From contig NC_135903.1 in the NCBI RefSeq assembly GCF_964194155.1, positions 11,036,001-11,100,000 on the forward strand: 64,000 nt of DNA. Direction: 5' to 3'. Made by a program: the position numbers and the translations under genes. Below the pieces are notes generated by a model that had not been told where the DNA came from, did not search any database, and saw only the letters and a program-made list of their open reading frames with translations. Shown one piece after another: positions 1 through 13,407 of this stretch (position 1 is the first letter of the stretch; every line of letters begins with the position of its first letter). This stretch comes from Cetorhinus maximus (taxonomy: Eukaryota).

Positions 1-1574
1 CAAAATACCATTATCTGTCAGCTGAATAGCAATCTTTTTCTTATTGAGGGATACTTAATGGTCGTTTTTAATTATGATTATCTGAAGTGTTTTGAAGTGT
101 TTGTTTTGATAATTACAGACGGCTTCGTTGGAATTATCTATTGTATGTCCTGTTAGCTCAACACAGATGAAAATCTCAAAATGTTTCTTAACCATTTAAT
201 TATTTAATGTACAAGGCACAGACGTCAATGACAGACACTATTACTTGAGAACAAACTACAAGTAACATGGAACAAATTTGGAACTTGCTAATGGTGTAAT
301 GCATTTTATCATAAATATGATGTATCTTCTTTGTTCTTTTGTATTTGACATTCATATATATGTTTCACATAGTCATATATATATGTTACATAAAGTAAAG
401 GTAGGCAGTCATTGAATGGATTGACAAAGTCTATATGTTTTATAACAAATTGTGGCACATAATCTGTTTTCCTCAATCTCTGAATAATAGTTATGTGCTT
501 GTAAATGAGGTGGAAAACAATGAAAACACAGAGTTGCTCTATGATTGGCAGGCCTTCGGGATGTCGATTTTCTTCATTTGCCAAAAAAAAAGGCTCCTGA
601 GAAAAGAGAAAGGGGTAAGGCATTAGCAAATCGATATTAGAACACAATTGGATATTGCTTAGCTTCCATAGGAAAGATGTGTAAATTTCTTTGCAAGTCT
701 GACCCTAGATTCAATTGAGGCTTTATTAATTGGTAACTCCCAGCACCAAAATGGAAAAATAATGTGACTCTGTGCCCTCAACACACATGAATCATGCTCA
801 GTCGCTCTGCATTCGTTCAGAGGCGCTGATAGCAATGTGTATTTTATTTTAGAAATAATTTATACGATGGAAAGGCAAAATACGCTCTTACATTCTGAAA
901 ATGTTAAGGCTTAATGGCTGTTTCTTCTATCCGTAGAATTTACAACCACTTCCTTACATACGATAACTATGCTTTAAAACAAGCCTGACAATGCCGCGCC
1001 GATCCACACAACGAAAAGCCCCTCCTAAAGGCTTTGTTCGTTCGACTCTCTTTAACGAGCGGTGGCGACTTCTTTAGAAAGCAACACATAAAGACTAGAG
1101 CTAATCTGTTTCAAAAATAGGAAAACTCCGAAAACACAGTATTCGAAACCGTGCCGAGATATTGAACAATATTTCGTATCTTATTATTTTCAGTTCTTGG
1201 AATTTTTATCAAAATGTCTGCTAATTTTTTTCTCCCACAGATCGCATTCCACTGCATGAAAAAAAACACAAAATTATGCAATCACGAAGGGAAATTGCTC
1301 AAGTTCTGTGATCTCTGGACTCTTTCCCCCTTAACTTTTTTTCCCTCTCTATCCATCAGTTGACAGAATTAACTTTGTGAACGAGTCTAAGATTTATTTA
1401 TGGTGTCTCATTTCATAATTGCTTTGCTCTCTCCCTTATCTACATCGTTCATTTGCGTTGATATCCTTCAAGCTTAACAGATATACTTTAAATGAAATCC
1501 TTTTAAAGGGATGATAATGTATTAAGGGTTGCAAGGAAACAACCCTACATACTCTCAGAATAGACGTTGCTCTT

Positions 1575-1628
1575 ATAAGATGGCTATTTAATATACAGGT
1601 AATTACACTCCTCATAATAAATCATGTC
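1575..1628. promoter_or_regulatory. Candidate Hox-binding conserved element (TAATTAC...CATAATAAA) with adjacent YY1-like AAGATGGCT; may correspond to the shared Hoxb4/Hoxb3 neural enhancer
   Basis: aagatggct...caggtaattacactcctcataataaaatcatg resembles HB1/CR3-type paired homeodomain sites, in the expected HoxB4-HoxB3 interval; identity not confirmed. Confidence 0.35.
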
Positions 1629-2745
1629 CCTTCTCCCTGTTAATATATTTTGCTTGGCTGTATATGGCTATTTAAAATTGATGAAAAATTACGACTATTT
1701 TCAATGGGAACTGTACCACAGCCTATCTCACACTACGCAGAAGAGTGGGTGAGGATGTCAATGCATTTACATTTCCCAATATTTGAATAGTGATAGGAAA
1801 CAAAACTAAACATACAACCATTACAATTTATAAACAAATCGCTTCTTAAATAATAGTCAGGTGGTTAAATAATTTATACTTCGTTCATACATAGAATGAC
1901 AATATTGAAAGAAAAACTTAATGGAAAATTAATGGTAAGAATTAATGCAGCACGTGCGATAAGATCATGGGTCATAAATAAAACCCTACAAACATCCTAA
2001 TTTCGCTGCTAATCTTCTGTAAAATAAAATTTGTAAACATCAGCCAACTTCGACAAAGATAGCTAAGCTAAGCGGTCGCTGTGCGTAAACGTGTTCAGTA
2101 TAAATTCACATATTTCCCTAAAGAAAGAATATATAATTAAACGATCAGCATTGTAGGTATGTAATGTTCCTGACTTTGCAATTCATGGCGTTTCAACTCT
2201 TCTCAATAACCGATAAAATTAGCTCCAGTAAAGACAAGGTAATAAATTATAGTGATGCTGCTCCATGCTCCCAGACTGGCTATTAGAAAAGTGAAAATGC
2301 AATAACTATAACCTCTGACCTTTTACTGATAATACAAAAACGAAACTAATTTTGAGGTACAATTCACTTGATGCCTCCAGTAGTATATTGTTCTCTTTTA
2401 CGAGAGATCACGATTTTTGATTTTTTTTGATCAATGCTGGCTTCAAATCACCAAAAAGCTTGTATTTTTGGTGCAAATTTTTCCATGCCTTTTCCATTCC
2501 TTTGTGTTGAAATGTGGTCGGTCTCTAAGGAGCAATTGTCCGAAATTGTTGCAATTGGAGGAACAAAAATAGGATAAGGTGATGCCCTGTTCGCACTCCG
2601 TAGAGATTTGGGGTTTATTTGCTTGAAAGTAATGACTGTAATCATTTTATAACTCACTTGGACATTGTTAGGAAATTGACATAGTACGACTGTATCATTG
2701 TGCTCAGGAACTAACATTGCTTCTACTTAAGATCTCTCTCTCCAT

Positions 2746-2809
2746 CCCCCCCCCCCACCTCCCCCCCCCCCACCCCCCCCCCCCCCCCCCCCCTCAACCA
2801 CCCCCCACC
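2746..2809. repeat. Poly-C tract (G-quadruplex-capable on - strand)
   Basis: Near-pure C runs, followed by a CT-rich tract to ~2890. Confidence 0.9.
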
Positions 2810-2929
2810 TTTCTCTCTCGCTATTGCTTTCTTCTCTGTCTCTCTTCTCTTCTGTATGTCTCTCCCTCTCTTTCTGCATTTCTTATTCACTCTCGCCCGC
2901 TGTTGAATATCACAGCATATTTAACTGGC

Positions 2930-3509
2930 GTGTCCAGTATTTAAAGGAATCCGGCTAATGTTGCTCTGCGAATCCTCAGCTCATATGGCAGTAATTTCTG
3001 ACATCCATCGACCAGGCCAGTTCCTATTGGACAAGTTAACTCACATCTTCATTTTGCGTTCCATTTGACATTCTGTCGTTTTTTATTGCCTCTATTGGCA
3101 ATAGCCTTATCCTTAAATCACGCTGAGTTTATAATAGTAGTTTGAGTTTGTTTTATTTTTTGAACAACATGTACAGAATTAAGCTTCTGCAGTAATGAAA
3201 CTGCTCGGGTTTTTCCTGGAAGTCCGTTCAGGCAAAGGTCTGGTCGCAGTTTGGCCGCTCTTGAATTCATTCCTGTCAGACGAACCCATGCATCTTTCGA
3301 TGACAATCCCGCGATTTCCAGAAAGCATTTTTTTTTTCAAAATCCACCAGAGTCCAATAAATATTTTTCCTCCCGTGGAGGGCAGTTGGGGGGGGGTGGG
3401 GGGGGGGGGGGTGCGGAGGTGGGGGGGGAATATAGCTGAGCACCACTACCTGTGATGAAAGATCAAATTCAGTGATCTTTTTCCAAGCTCTACTGCAATA
3501 ATCCAACAG
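2930..3509 (+). promoter_or_regulatory. Putative distal HoxB3 promoter and first non-coding exon, ending at donor CAG|GTAAGC (exon end 3509)
   Basis: Two reverse CCAAT boxes (ATTGG at ~3026 and ~3094) and a strong donor at 3507-3515; vertebrate Hoxb3 has upstream non-coding exons. TSS not determinable. Confidence 0.45.
3388..3428 (+). repeat. Poly-G tract (G-quadruplex-capable on + strand)
   Basis: ggggggggg t gggggggggggg gtgcggaggt gggggggg. Confidence 0.9.
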
Positions 3510-6169
3510 GTAAGCGAACAAGTAAACTGCAGTTTAAACATTTTTCCCCTCAGCAGCTCTGAATTCCAGGGTGGATATAATTAATGGCCCATAGTGTGAC
3601 CTGAGAGAGAGAGGTCCCCGGTTGGTTTCCGTGAACTATTGCTGACTTTTGTGTGTAACGGATTAAGACAGACATGGCCTCTCCCACACCAACTACCGCC
3701 GCCCCCCACCCCGTCTCCCCCAAAGTGCTCTTTCCTGAGAAGACGGGTGAAGATTTCTTCAAAAAATTCTTTTTTTCCTCAAACTTCCGAAAGATCTTTC
3801 AAACAGTTAAACGTTTGGTTTGGGCCTACCTTTGATGGCTGTTAACACCTCCGAATTCGTCGAAGAAGCTTCAAAAGCATTTTCAGATAGGGTGTTATCC
3901 TCAAGATGAATGTGCACATGATTTATGACCTGGGTAAACAGTGTTTACCTATTGTACTCGCGACTTTAAAAGTTCCCAAATTAAAGACCCATCCAGTGTT
4001 GGCCGCTTAAAGATCATCAACTCAATCTCTTGGTTTTTTCATTGAAACCTTGAGAGAGAGAAAGAGAATTAATTTACCTCTTTCCAGTTTCCAGAATTGT
4101 TTCATCTCTACTTTTATGCCATACGAAAATAACTTCTGCTTTACTAACCACTGTTGAGAATATAGCCGTTATTTTAGAATGCAACAGAACGGTTTGTTGG
4201 TAAAGAATGCGCCACCCTGAAATTGTACCAAAAAGTGCTGGACCATTTTCTAATTCATGGGAGTGCAACATTCTGTTAACGGAAAACGTTTTAATAGGTT
4301 TCCATTTCCTCAGGCATTCCTAGCCAGATAGACGACTAGCGATAAGGCGGCGTTTGATGTTAGCAGAAAATGGGTTTACATTAAATTCCTCTCCTTTTTT
4401 TAACAAATCATTTTTATATGCTGCGACCAGCCTCCGGCAAAATGAAAATATTCCAAGTGTTTGGTATACTGAGGGAGATAGTTTGAACTGCAGGCGTCAG
4501 AATGGATCTAGAAATAATCAAATTGAATTTGATCGTTTTTGGCATATAAGCAGAGCTGACTGTTTTATAACAGAGGGCCCTTTTTATGGGAATAATATCC
4601 AAATGGAAAACTCGTGGCTTTTTTGATACATTTTTCTTGGTGGCTGCCGAAACAACCTAAGCCAGTTACAGATTCTTAAGGACACTTAGAAATGTTCTTT
4701 TTACGCGCTGAGCTGCAAAGTATTTGATAAAAGAACAAAGGCATTAAAGACATCCTTATTAAAAATTAACTCTTTCCTGTTGTACAGCCTCTTCTGCATT
4801 ATCTCGCAAGTGAAGCGAAGAGTTTGTCACTGCAATTGTGCTTAGCTTCGTAGATCAAAGACCCTCTGTTCTAGTTGTACAGTAACCCTATTGATCTCCC
4901 TTTGACTAATGCCAGGCATTCTCAACCCACCAAAACAGCGTTCTCGTTAATTTAAATCAATATCTTTATTTATCTTTGTTTGTGATTTTTTTAGGTTTAC
5001 ATTAATTTCTCAGCCGTTTGAAATTTAAAATGTAAAGGCAGTGATACGAGGCAAGTTGCAGAGTGCAAACTGCTCTATAGCACGTCACTGTGCTATAGGT
5101 CAAATGTCACATTAAGCACAAGTTATGCATTTATAGGTCAGATGAAAAGGTACATTTGGAAACGTGCCAGTGTACATTATGCAACACGGTTTTTTTGCAC
5201 GGCGAGCATTCACTATTATAGTAAAAACTTACTTAAATATTGAAGAGTACATTATTTAACGAAGGCGATTTTTTTTTTAGATTTTAATACTGCGGCCTAA
5301 CAAAAGACGCTTGAGCACATTCCGATGGGCGTATAACGTACTGGCACATTGCATTTTGATGAATAGTTCTTAGTTGAAATCACAACATCTATTTCCTACC
5401 CAAAACAGAGTACCAAATAAATAATGTTTGGTTAAATTAATACACATGATGTAATATATATTGTATATAAAGATATACGCACATATTACATGCTTTACGA
5501 CTGTTCCACAAATTATGCGATGATTTATTCTAAAAAAAATAAGTTTACATGTAACTTCACTTTAAATCTGCCGAATGGGAGCAGAGACATGCTGCTAATT
5601 TTACTATCGGATATGTGACTACTTTGCGAAAGAACGTGTACTGCTGTGAACTAATCCTTTGCTTGTTAAGAATAAATAAGGCGTTTAATTTTGGAGTCCC
5701 GCATTTCTTTGACAGACTGTGCGTGGGTGTAAACCAAGCCCACTATCACAAGCGTTCCACATAGCAGAGTGGGGAGATCACAGGTTATCAGTTGTGATCC
5801 AAAACAGGCATCCCAGTAAAGCTTGCCTCCTCAAAAATCAACGTGCTGCTTTTTAACAGCGAAAGTTGGAGAGGGGGACCGGGGGTGGGGGGATGGGGAT
5901 GCAAACAAAACTTACTCATTCTCTACTTTTCCTAATCTAGGTTCCTTGGAAGAAGCTAATTATGTGAATTTATTTTGATTCTTAAAAAGAAAACAACCTA
6001 CCTTTGCAAACAGCTTTTACGGAAAACAATAAGAATGTAGAGTACCTTTCGTCATCCACTAGAAAGCGAGAAGTTGCTGAAATGCGCAAGTTTCAGCGAT
6101 GCAACACACAAAAAAAAGAGTTCAATTAACAATTGCTAAAGTCTGTATAAAATGGGGAAACGTTGACGT

Positions 6170-6520
6170 ACTGACCACGTGAATGCATAATCCAAGCGCA
6201 TTTACTCTGGCATTTGGATGGAAGGCCTTCGCCTGTGTCTCCGGGCTGTGATCACCCAGTCAGTACTCTGATTATTTACAGCAGGCCATTTAAAAAACAA
6301 ATCGGGTCAGGGGGAAGATATGTGTGCCGTCCAATATCTCTTATAAAAGGATTATATGCGATCGCAGAGAAAGCCTGGGATAGTGGGACGGATTGTTATT
6401 TTGGAGACATTTCAAACCCTCCCGCTGATTGATCATTAATGTGGTGAGTTATTACTATTCAAGGAAAGGTCATTCAGAGAGAGGCTTATATCTGTCACAA
6501 TGAGCCAAGACATATTTTAT
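6170..6520. promoter_or_regulatory. Candidate conserved enhancer with Pbx-Hox site TGATTGAT (6426-6433) followed by CATTAAT
   Basis: Perfect TGATNNAT, TGATTATTTAC (~6269), CACGTG E-box, AGGTCA half-site and TGTCA Meis motif clustered in ~350 bp. Confidence 0.45.
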
Positions 6521-8169
6521 TTCTTTTCCTTTTTTTTTATCCACTTAGGCCAACTGCAAATGTTTAAGCATGCTCCTGATACTCAAAGACTGTAAATTAG
6601 TTCACCAGGAGAATAATTCTCAATGTCTTTTACTCAACTGTGAATGTGCGCGTGTGGGTCTATATGTGTTGAATTCAAGAGTACTCATTCAGACCCATCT
6701 TCATGATTCGATATTAATGCTCTTTTCCTTCTCTTTTTCCCCTTTGGATGTCCTCATATTAATTTAGCAAAAAAAAAACAAACGAATTTTAAACATAGCC
6801 GTTTATGGCACCCAATGATTCATGAACATTTGTTTTCCAGACAAGGTAAATAATTTATGAGTTTAGTAGTCCGCAGCGAAGAGCTAACCCTTTTCGATGG
6901 GATTTCTCTCAACACTCGAACCCTGCTCACGAATAAATACCGGGAAAGCCCATTAAAGTTAACATAAATATATGATTCAATATATTTTAACGTCTTAAAT
7001 GAAAACACAAAGGACTTTCGTTTATTAGAACTAGCAGGTGAACCCCTGCATTAACTCGTATCCCAGTCATTCTCCTTTGTTCTGCTACGGTGCTGGCGTT
7101 TAGTCATATATAAGTGCCCATGCTTTATTATTAAGATTAGTCCATGAACATTACTTCTCCGTTTCTCCCATTCGCATTTTACCATTTTAAATATTTATAA
7201 TGTAAGTCATTCGATAGTAAACGAAGGTAAAGATTCAACATGCGTAACTGTTGCCGCTTTTGGATGTAACAAAACATTTATACTGGAAGCTCACAAAGCC
7301 TTGTGTGCTTTATCTTTCCGAAATTGATGCCTTTTGGGGGCAAAATGTAACAAATATTTAACTGGGGACCAATAACAGAACCACATAGAAAGAATATCCC
7401 TATTTTCGTTGTGAAAGACATCAGCTGCTCTATAATTTTTGTTATGTAGGAGGGCTGGGATATATTGAAACAATTGATTTTAAAATATAAACCCACTTTT
7501 TAAATTATTCAGCTTCGCCATTCTAATTTTGAATAACCGCTCCAAATAAAATGCCAAATAAAGGTCCATTGGAAAATTCAAATATTCATTTAATATCCAT
7601 TGCTTTCTGAAGGCCCAACATTGAATCACAATCCTACTTGATCCAAATATCGCATAAAACTGACTCAATGCTGTGTGTTTTAACTAAAGACAGGCTAACA
7701 TTATTAGGAGACAATAAAACCAGGCAATTAAATGAAGTGTAATGTGGTACACATATATTTAATTTATTGACGCGTTAGGAAAGAATTCCACAAAAATGCA
7801 TGAAATACAATTATTAAGCACAAATAGCTTTACATGAGCAATTTCAAAAGATATACACCGCATATTATTTCAATTAGAAATGTCAGAATTCTGGTTGGGT
7901 GAGCAGACCAATATATAAATAATGTATAAATATATAAATGAAAGCATTGACAATTAATGTTTTTGTGTGAGTACGTTATAGTGCCACTTCTAATACATTA
8001 TTACTAATGCATATTGTACTTCTAATTCCTGACGCCCCACTTTTAACTGCTTCTTGCTGTCATTAGCTCAAATACTCTGTCGATTTCCTCAGAGGTCGTG
8101 TGCAGCGAATTCGATTTTGTAACGATTTCCTTGATCGAAGGTTTGTCTTTTTCTTTCTTTTTTTTGCAG

Positions 8170-8236
8170 TCTTGGCTCTTTATAAAGACTCCGTCAGCAG
8201 CTACACCTTGGCTCAAGGACTAGCAGCACTACTGCG
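8170..8236 (+). other. Putative 67-nt non-coding leader exon of HoxB3
   Basis: Long polypyrimidine tract plus CAG acceptor (8167-8169), CG|GTAAGC donor (8237), no ATG inside. Confidence 0.55.
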
Positions 8237-10363
8237 GTAAGCCACATTATATTCATTTACTACCTGAACCATTTCCCACAATTCAGTGTTCTGCTTATGT
8301 ATCAGATAGATAGAAAGATAGTAAGTTAGATAGGCTGATAGAGGCATTGTTAGATAAACAGATATACATTATATAGAGGCATTTAGTGTTGACATTGTTC
8401 AAGCTACATAATACCTTAATATCACGGTCAAAGCTTTCAATTGCCATTTGTTTGGTTAAAGTCTGATTTAGATTTAAATCAGATAGTTTGTTGACCATGG
8501 TCTGGAATCATTTGTTCTACAGGAACAATACAGGCAAAATTTGAAACTGCATAAGCAAGTTCAAGTAAAATATCTTACCACCACACGAAAGTTCAAATTA
8601 AAATCCCTGTATTTCAAAATTGCTGAAAGTTGTGGTTTTCATCAAGAAGCAGATGCTTAACAACAGTTAATTGTTGAAATCTCTGAGGTGAAACTGACTC
8701 TTCTCCAAGTCGCGGAAGTAGATTACAAACAAAATAATAGGTGCAGAAAAATATGATTACCGAAAGTCGTTCAGTCATACAAGTTACGAAGTTGCAAAGT
8801 TATTTATTCAGCCATGTCACGATGGAAAAATAACATACGATACTGTCTAACGTCCTGTAACCTGTCCTACTTCTAAGCAGGAGGAACTCGTTTCTTTAAC
8901 GGCAAGAATGCGAGTCTCACTTTGTGAAGTTATACCTTTGGCAGCTGCGCATTGTTGTAGAAATCACTGCACGTTAACAAAAATCAATCCGTTCGTCTCC
9001 TCACTTATTCCAACTGAAGTGAAGCATTTACGAGGTTTCGGACTTCTGAATTGCTTTTTTAAAACCCCCAAAAAGACATAGTTGGCAAAAAAGAGAGAAT
9101 AGTATGAAGGCGTAATAAAAGTTGCAGAGTTGTAGATTCTTTCGCCGGTCTTCCTCCTACGCCGCTCTGGCTCCCCTTTCATGTACCTAACTAGTGCAAC
9201 ATCTATCCCTTTTGCACTGTTTACAGCTATGGTGCCATGAAGTCATAAATCTTACGTAGCCATAAACGACAGAAGCAGTGGCATGCATAAAAAAGAGCTT
9301 AAGTTCCAAATTCTTTTTTCATTGGCCTTCACTCAAGTGACAATTCTCTCTCTCTCCCTTTCTCTCCATTGTCAGGAGTGATGTTTTTTAATTTAAAAAA
9401 CACTTTAAGTGCCCAAGCAAGTGCAGCCCACAGCCCACATTAAAAGTTTATAGAGAGGCTGTTGCATCTTGTGCGTTGCTGCATGTTCAACACGACTGAA
9501 TTACCTCCTCCTCCTCCTTCCCCTACGCTGCGTCCATTTTCTTTTTTTCTATCGCACCCAGTCGGGCACTAAAGTTTTTTTTTTGTCGTGAATAAATTAT
9601 TAATTAATGATTCAGTCCACGAGTTAAGTAAACAGGGCGATAAATAGAAATATATTTCTTCGCTGAGTTGTTCAATGAGGAGTTCACTTTATTGTTATGA
9701 TACCTTTTATTAATATTTTGAATGGTGAAAGGTTGCACATTGCCTGAAAAATATATTAGCATAAACTGACACTTAATTGCCAGCACGTGAAGCAAACAGC
9801 GAGCTTGCCATCTTAGTCTAGGCCTTGTCCACCACGTCGCTAATTAGCATAATTTTTCACTTGTGACGCTGTGTTTCGAGGGGATTAACACTCGTTGCCT
9901 GCCCAGCACTCAAGAAAGAAATCGTTTTTTCCTCTTAAAACCGTTCTTCTAATATATATATATATATGTATTCATAACAAACATACCGAATATATGGGTT
10001 TCCTTTCTAGTTCACTTTGCCCTGTAAAGCTGAGAAACCATTGTTATCTGTGAGTAGGGCGTACCAGTCTAGGGCTCAATAATATCAGGGCTGTCCATTC
10101 AAGCCTTGAGCTTTCTACAGTTCTTTGAAGCTGTACCATCTCGCCTTTCTTTGCCGTTGCCTTCAACGAGTGAATTTCAGCGCCATAACCAGCTGTTTTA
10201 TCCTTCCTTTTTTATATGTATATAAAAGAATTTGGGAACTCCTGCTTATCGATTGCGTGGTGAATCTGAAATATTATGTCTTGCTCTGCTTCTATCGTCA
10301 GTGGCTAAGGTAAGCTGGACTCAAATAGGCTATCACTCGTGAATGGCGGAGTATATGTCCCAG

Positions 10364-10408
10364 TGATTTATGACCATATGACTTCAATCTCGGTTCAAGA
10401 AGAGTTCA
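10364..10408 (+). promoter_or_regulatory. DR5 retinoic acid response element GGTTCA-AGAAG-AGTTCA (10392-10408) with upstream Pbx-Hox site TGATTTATGA (10364-10373)
   Basis: Perfect RGKTCA-N5-RGKTCA; matches the DR5 recalled as conserved upstream of paralog-group-3 Hox genes. Confidence 0.85.
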
Positions 10409-13291
10409 CAAGCTATAGCTTCCTTTCACGCAGCGACTGTTTCACATTGCATCTGAATTCAACACGGAGCCCGGTTCTTGGGCCTTTTTGGGGGGCTAAT
10501 TTGGAGTATTTTTCAAAACCAAGCCCTCAGTTGTGATTTAAGACATAATTACGTGGACGTCTTGCGGTGCTCTATAATTTAAGGTGTATGACGACTTCCC
10601 CTATTGTTGTCCCATTAGCTAGGATGCTTGTTTTCTGTATATTTAACACATATTGGACAATCAAATGCCCCTTCGCTTGTTTAGTTCTGTAAGGACTTGA
10701 GATCTGCAGGTACTGCGTGTCGGGATTATGGAGAGTGAAATCTTAGGATATTACTCTTCAGCCTCTGTGTTCCTCCGAAACATGGTGGCAACCGGCGACT
10801 GGAGCACGCCTGACTTTTTCCTGGCTCTGTTCTCTATTTATAGAAGCATCATTTGAAATAGAAACATTCATCTATGTTGCTGTAAAATTCTAGTTTTATT
10901 GGTACGCTTAAACTCCGTTACAATCTACAGCTTCCTTAAGTGCAGCACCCAGCTGAAGGCGGGTCATTTATTTTAGAATTTATTATTTTGCGTATGTTTA
11001 CATAGGTAAATAAAACTTTGCAACGCTTTGTCTCTGTTGCAAAGGGTAGAAAGGATATTTCTCTGTCCGGCTTTGAACGCAAAGACGAAAATTTCACTGT
11101 GTATTTTATCTTCTGATTGTAAATAATTAGGAACTCTGGCCCTCCTTTAAAGAACAAAGGTAATATCCGACAACCGGCTGTAGCCTCGCGATGTGCAAAT
11201 AAGCAGAAGCGTAAACCACGGAATTATAAAATTCGATTTTATATTTTAAAGTATATATTTCGAAACAGGTAGTCCGTGACGACGGAGTTTTATTTTGTAG
11301 CAAACCCATTCGGTTTGCTTTTCCAGAAATGTGCATTCATTTGGATGCTTTGTTTGATTTTTAAATACATTTTCCAACATTTTACTTGGATAGTTTATAC
11401 CGAATAAATTAAATATAATTTTACGCAAAGCGTGAGAGCGTAATAAACATTCCATGAAGCAAACATCGATTTTGAGAACATATTTTAATTCCCTCTTTCA
11501 CAAAGACAGATCTTTCATATATTTCCAACGCCGAATCGTCTGATAGTGAACATTTCGCTGATACAAACAGTAAAAAGCATTAGCGTCTTTATAAATGTTG
11601 AATCATATTTAACGTGGTGAGAAGTATTGTATGCGATACAGACAAGCAAGCATTTGGACTGTGTTGCTTGCATCTATTCTAATAATTTTGCTTCACATAT
11701 CTTTAATCAATGTCAGATACCAAAATTGATATTTCAAAATAATTTTTGGAAAGAGAGACAGAGAGGGAGAGAGAGAGGAATCGTGCAAGTTTACAAAAGA
11801 ACTGGCTGGTTCTCGAACATATTCGCCGATTTTTTTTTGGTCGCGTTCTTCATAATTCTGGCAAGCGCTTCGGATCATTTAAAAACAGTGTCAAAGTGGA
11901 ATGGTACTTCAAGCACAAAGTGGAAAACGATGTGCGAGTGCAGAGCAGAAATGAAAACTCTGCATATTTTAGCAGCATGGGGATTGTGCCGGGGGTGTCT
12001 CGCGGTTGACTCTCCGTGTTTGAGCTGCTCCGGGAGTCCTTGGGCATTTTTTCACCAGAGAAAAAAAAATCTTTGTTGGTCCGCTGACCCCTCATACATC
12101 AAATTATAGAGCACCTTCCAAGACAGTACCTATTATCCTTTTTGTCTCTTGGTTAAGAGAGAGGTTCAAATTCTGGTCATGGAGAACACAATCCCCTGTA
12201 TTTCAGGTTTGAAATACTTTGCCGATCCATCATGAATAGTTAAAGCTGTGGCGGAGAGGAGGAAAAGGGTCCTAAAATATCGCCGCAAGGCCAAGCATGA
12301 GCCGTCCAAAAACATATCCAGTTTACACATGGACAGAGAAAGATAGAAACAAGCGCACTTACTTCCTCAGCTTCACCATGGCAAAGTAACACACTTTAAA
12401 CAGACACGTTAAATACATATGTGTATATATTCAGAAAACAATCGAGCCAAATGGTTAAGAGAGTCTAATTCCTGTGTATATAAAATGGGTGTTGTTTCTC
12501 AGCACTATCTCATTTTATGATTTTTTTATCTGTGATTTTCTCCTGTGTTTTCAGCGCTGGCTCTTAACAGTAAAAGGGTTAGGAGATATAAATTCTAGAT
12601 TGCCGCGTTAACCAACAAATTATGGTGGCTATAAAAGTATGTTTCGGATTAGAGTTTGAATACATAGCTACTGAAACATCCATAAGTTTCCTTCTATTTA
12701 AACCAGATGTTTGCAGGGGAAATCTCATCCCGCCATGAACGCTGCACATTTATAAATGTTGATACTTTGGCAGCTCCGTTTTATAACAATAGATGTAAAC
12801 CTAATTTTAAGCGGTAGGTCAGATTTTTAATCTAGAATATTGACAGCATGACAATTAATCAAGCAAGGAGCAATGAAATGAAATGTAACGATGTTTTGTG
12901 TGTATTTTAACTGAACTGGTTGTGAAAGTTTATGTAACTCGCGGCTAAGATACCCAATCTGAGTTTGTCTGAAGTTTTTTTTCATAAATAATTATCATTT
13001 TTGGAACATTGCCTAAACCAAAAGAATTTAGCTGTGAGCTAATGCTGAATCTGATCTCGATTAAAATAGTTTTGCAGTTGGCTATGTGAATTTTTTAGTT
13101 TTCTTCCAGGGCTCAGAGCAAGAGTGTGTTTTTTCGTCCCCTCCTCTCCAGTCCAAAATAGCCGGGAATCAAGATCAGCCGTGGCATCTGCTGTGCTTGT
13201 TTGGTGAACGCTATTCATGTCATTTGCTTTTGAGTATGTAAGATGGATCCACACACGTTCCACTATTATTCTGTGGTTCTTCTAACCTTAG

Positions 13292-13407
13292 GTCAACTGC
13301 CAGGAGGCTATTGGAAGAAAACGTCACGTGAATCGGGGTGCCAATGTTATTCGATAAGGGTGCAAGGACCCTGACAGTTTGTGAAATAAATATTGGGAAA
13401 CTGCGAG
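13292..13407 (+). other. HoxB3 5' UTR part of the first coding exon (conserved Hox3 leader block)
   Basis: Acceptor ttcttctaaccttag|G at 13291/13292; block CACGTG...GGGGTGCCAATGTTATT...GACCCTGACAGTTTGTGAAATAAATATTGGGAAAC, recalled from Hox3 leaders. Confidence 0.6.

Noticed and set aside
2717-3521. Pro-rich and Gly-rich short ORFs
   Set aside because: Translation artefacts of the poly-C and poly-G tracts
3597-3617. TGACCT-N9-AGGTCC everted repeat as a RARE
   Set aside because: Non-canonical spacing across a (GA)n run and an imperfect second half-site
11627-12109. 160-aa ORF upstream of HoxB3
   Set aside because: Non-ATG start, includes GA-repeat translation, no recognisable domain
13393-13407. 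ORF-track start for HoxB3 (and the similar upstream starts at 14651, 21079, 30064 and 31427)
   Set aside because: These are TTG/GTG starts from a prokaryote-style caller or read-through into introns; true boundaries were set from conserved N-termini and splice sites
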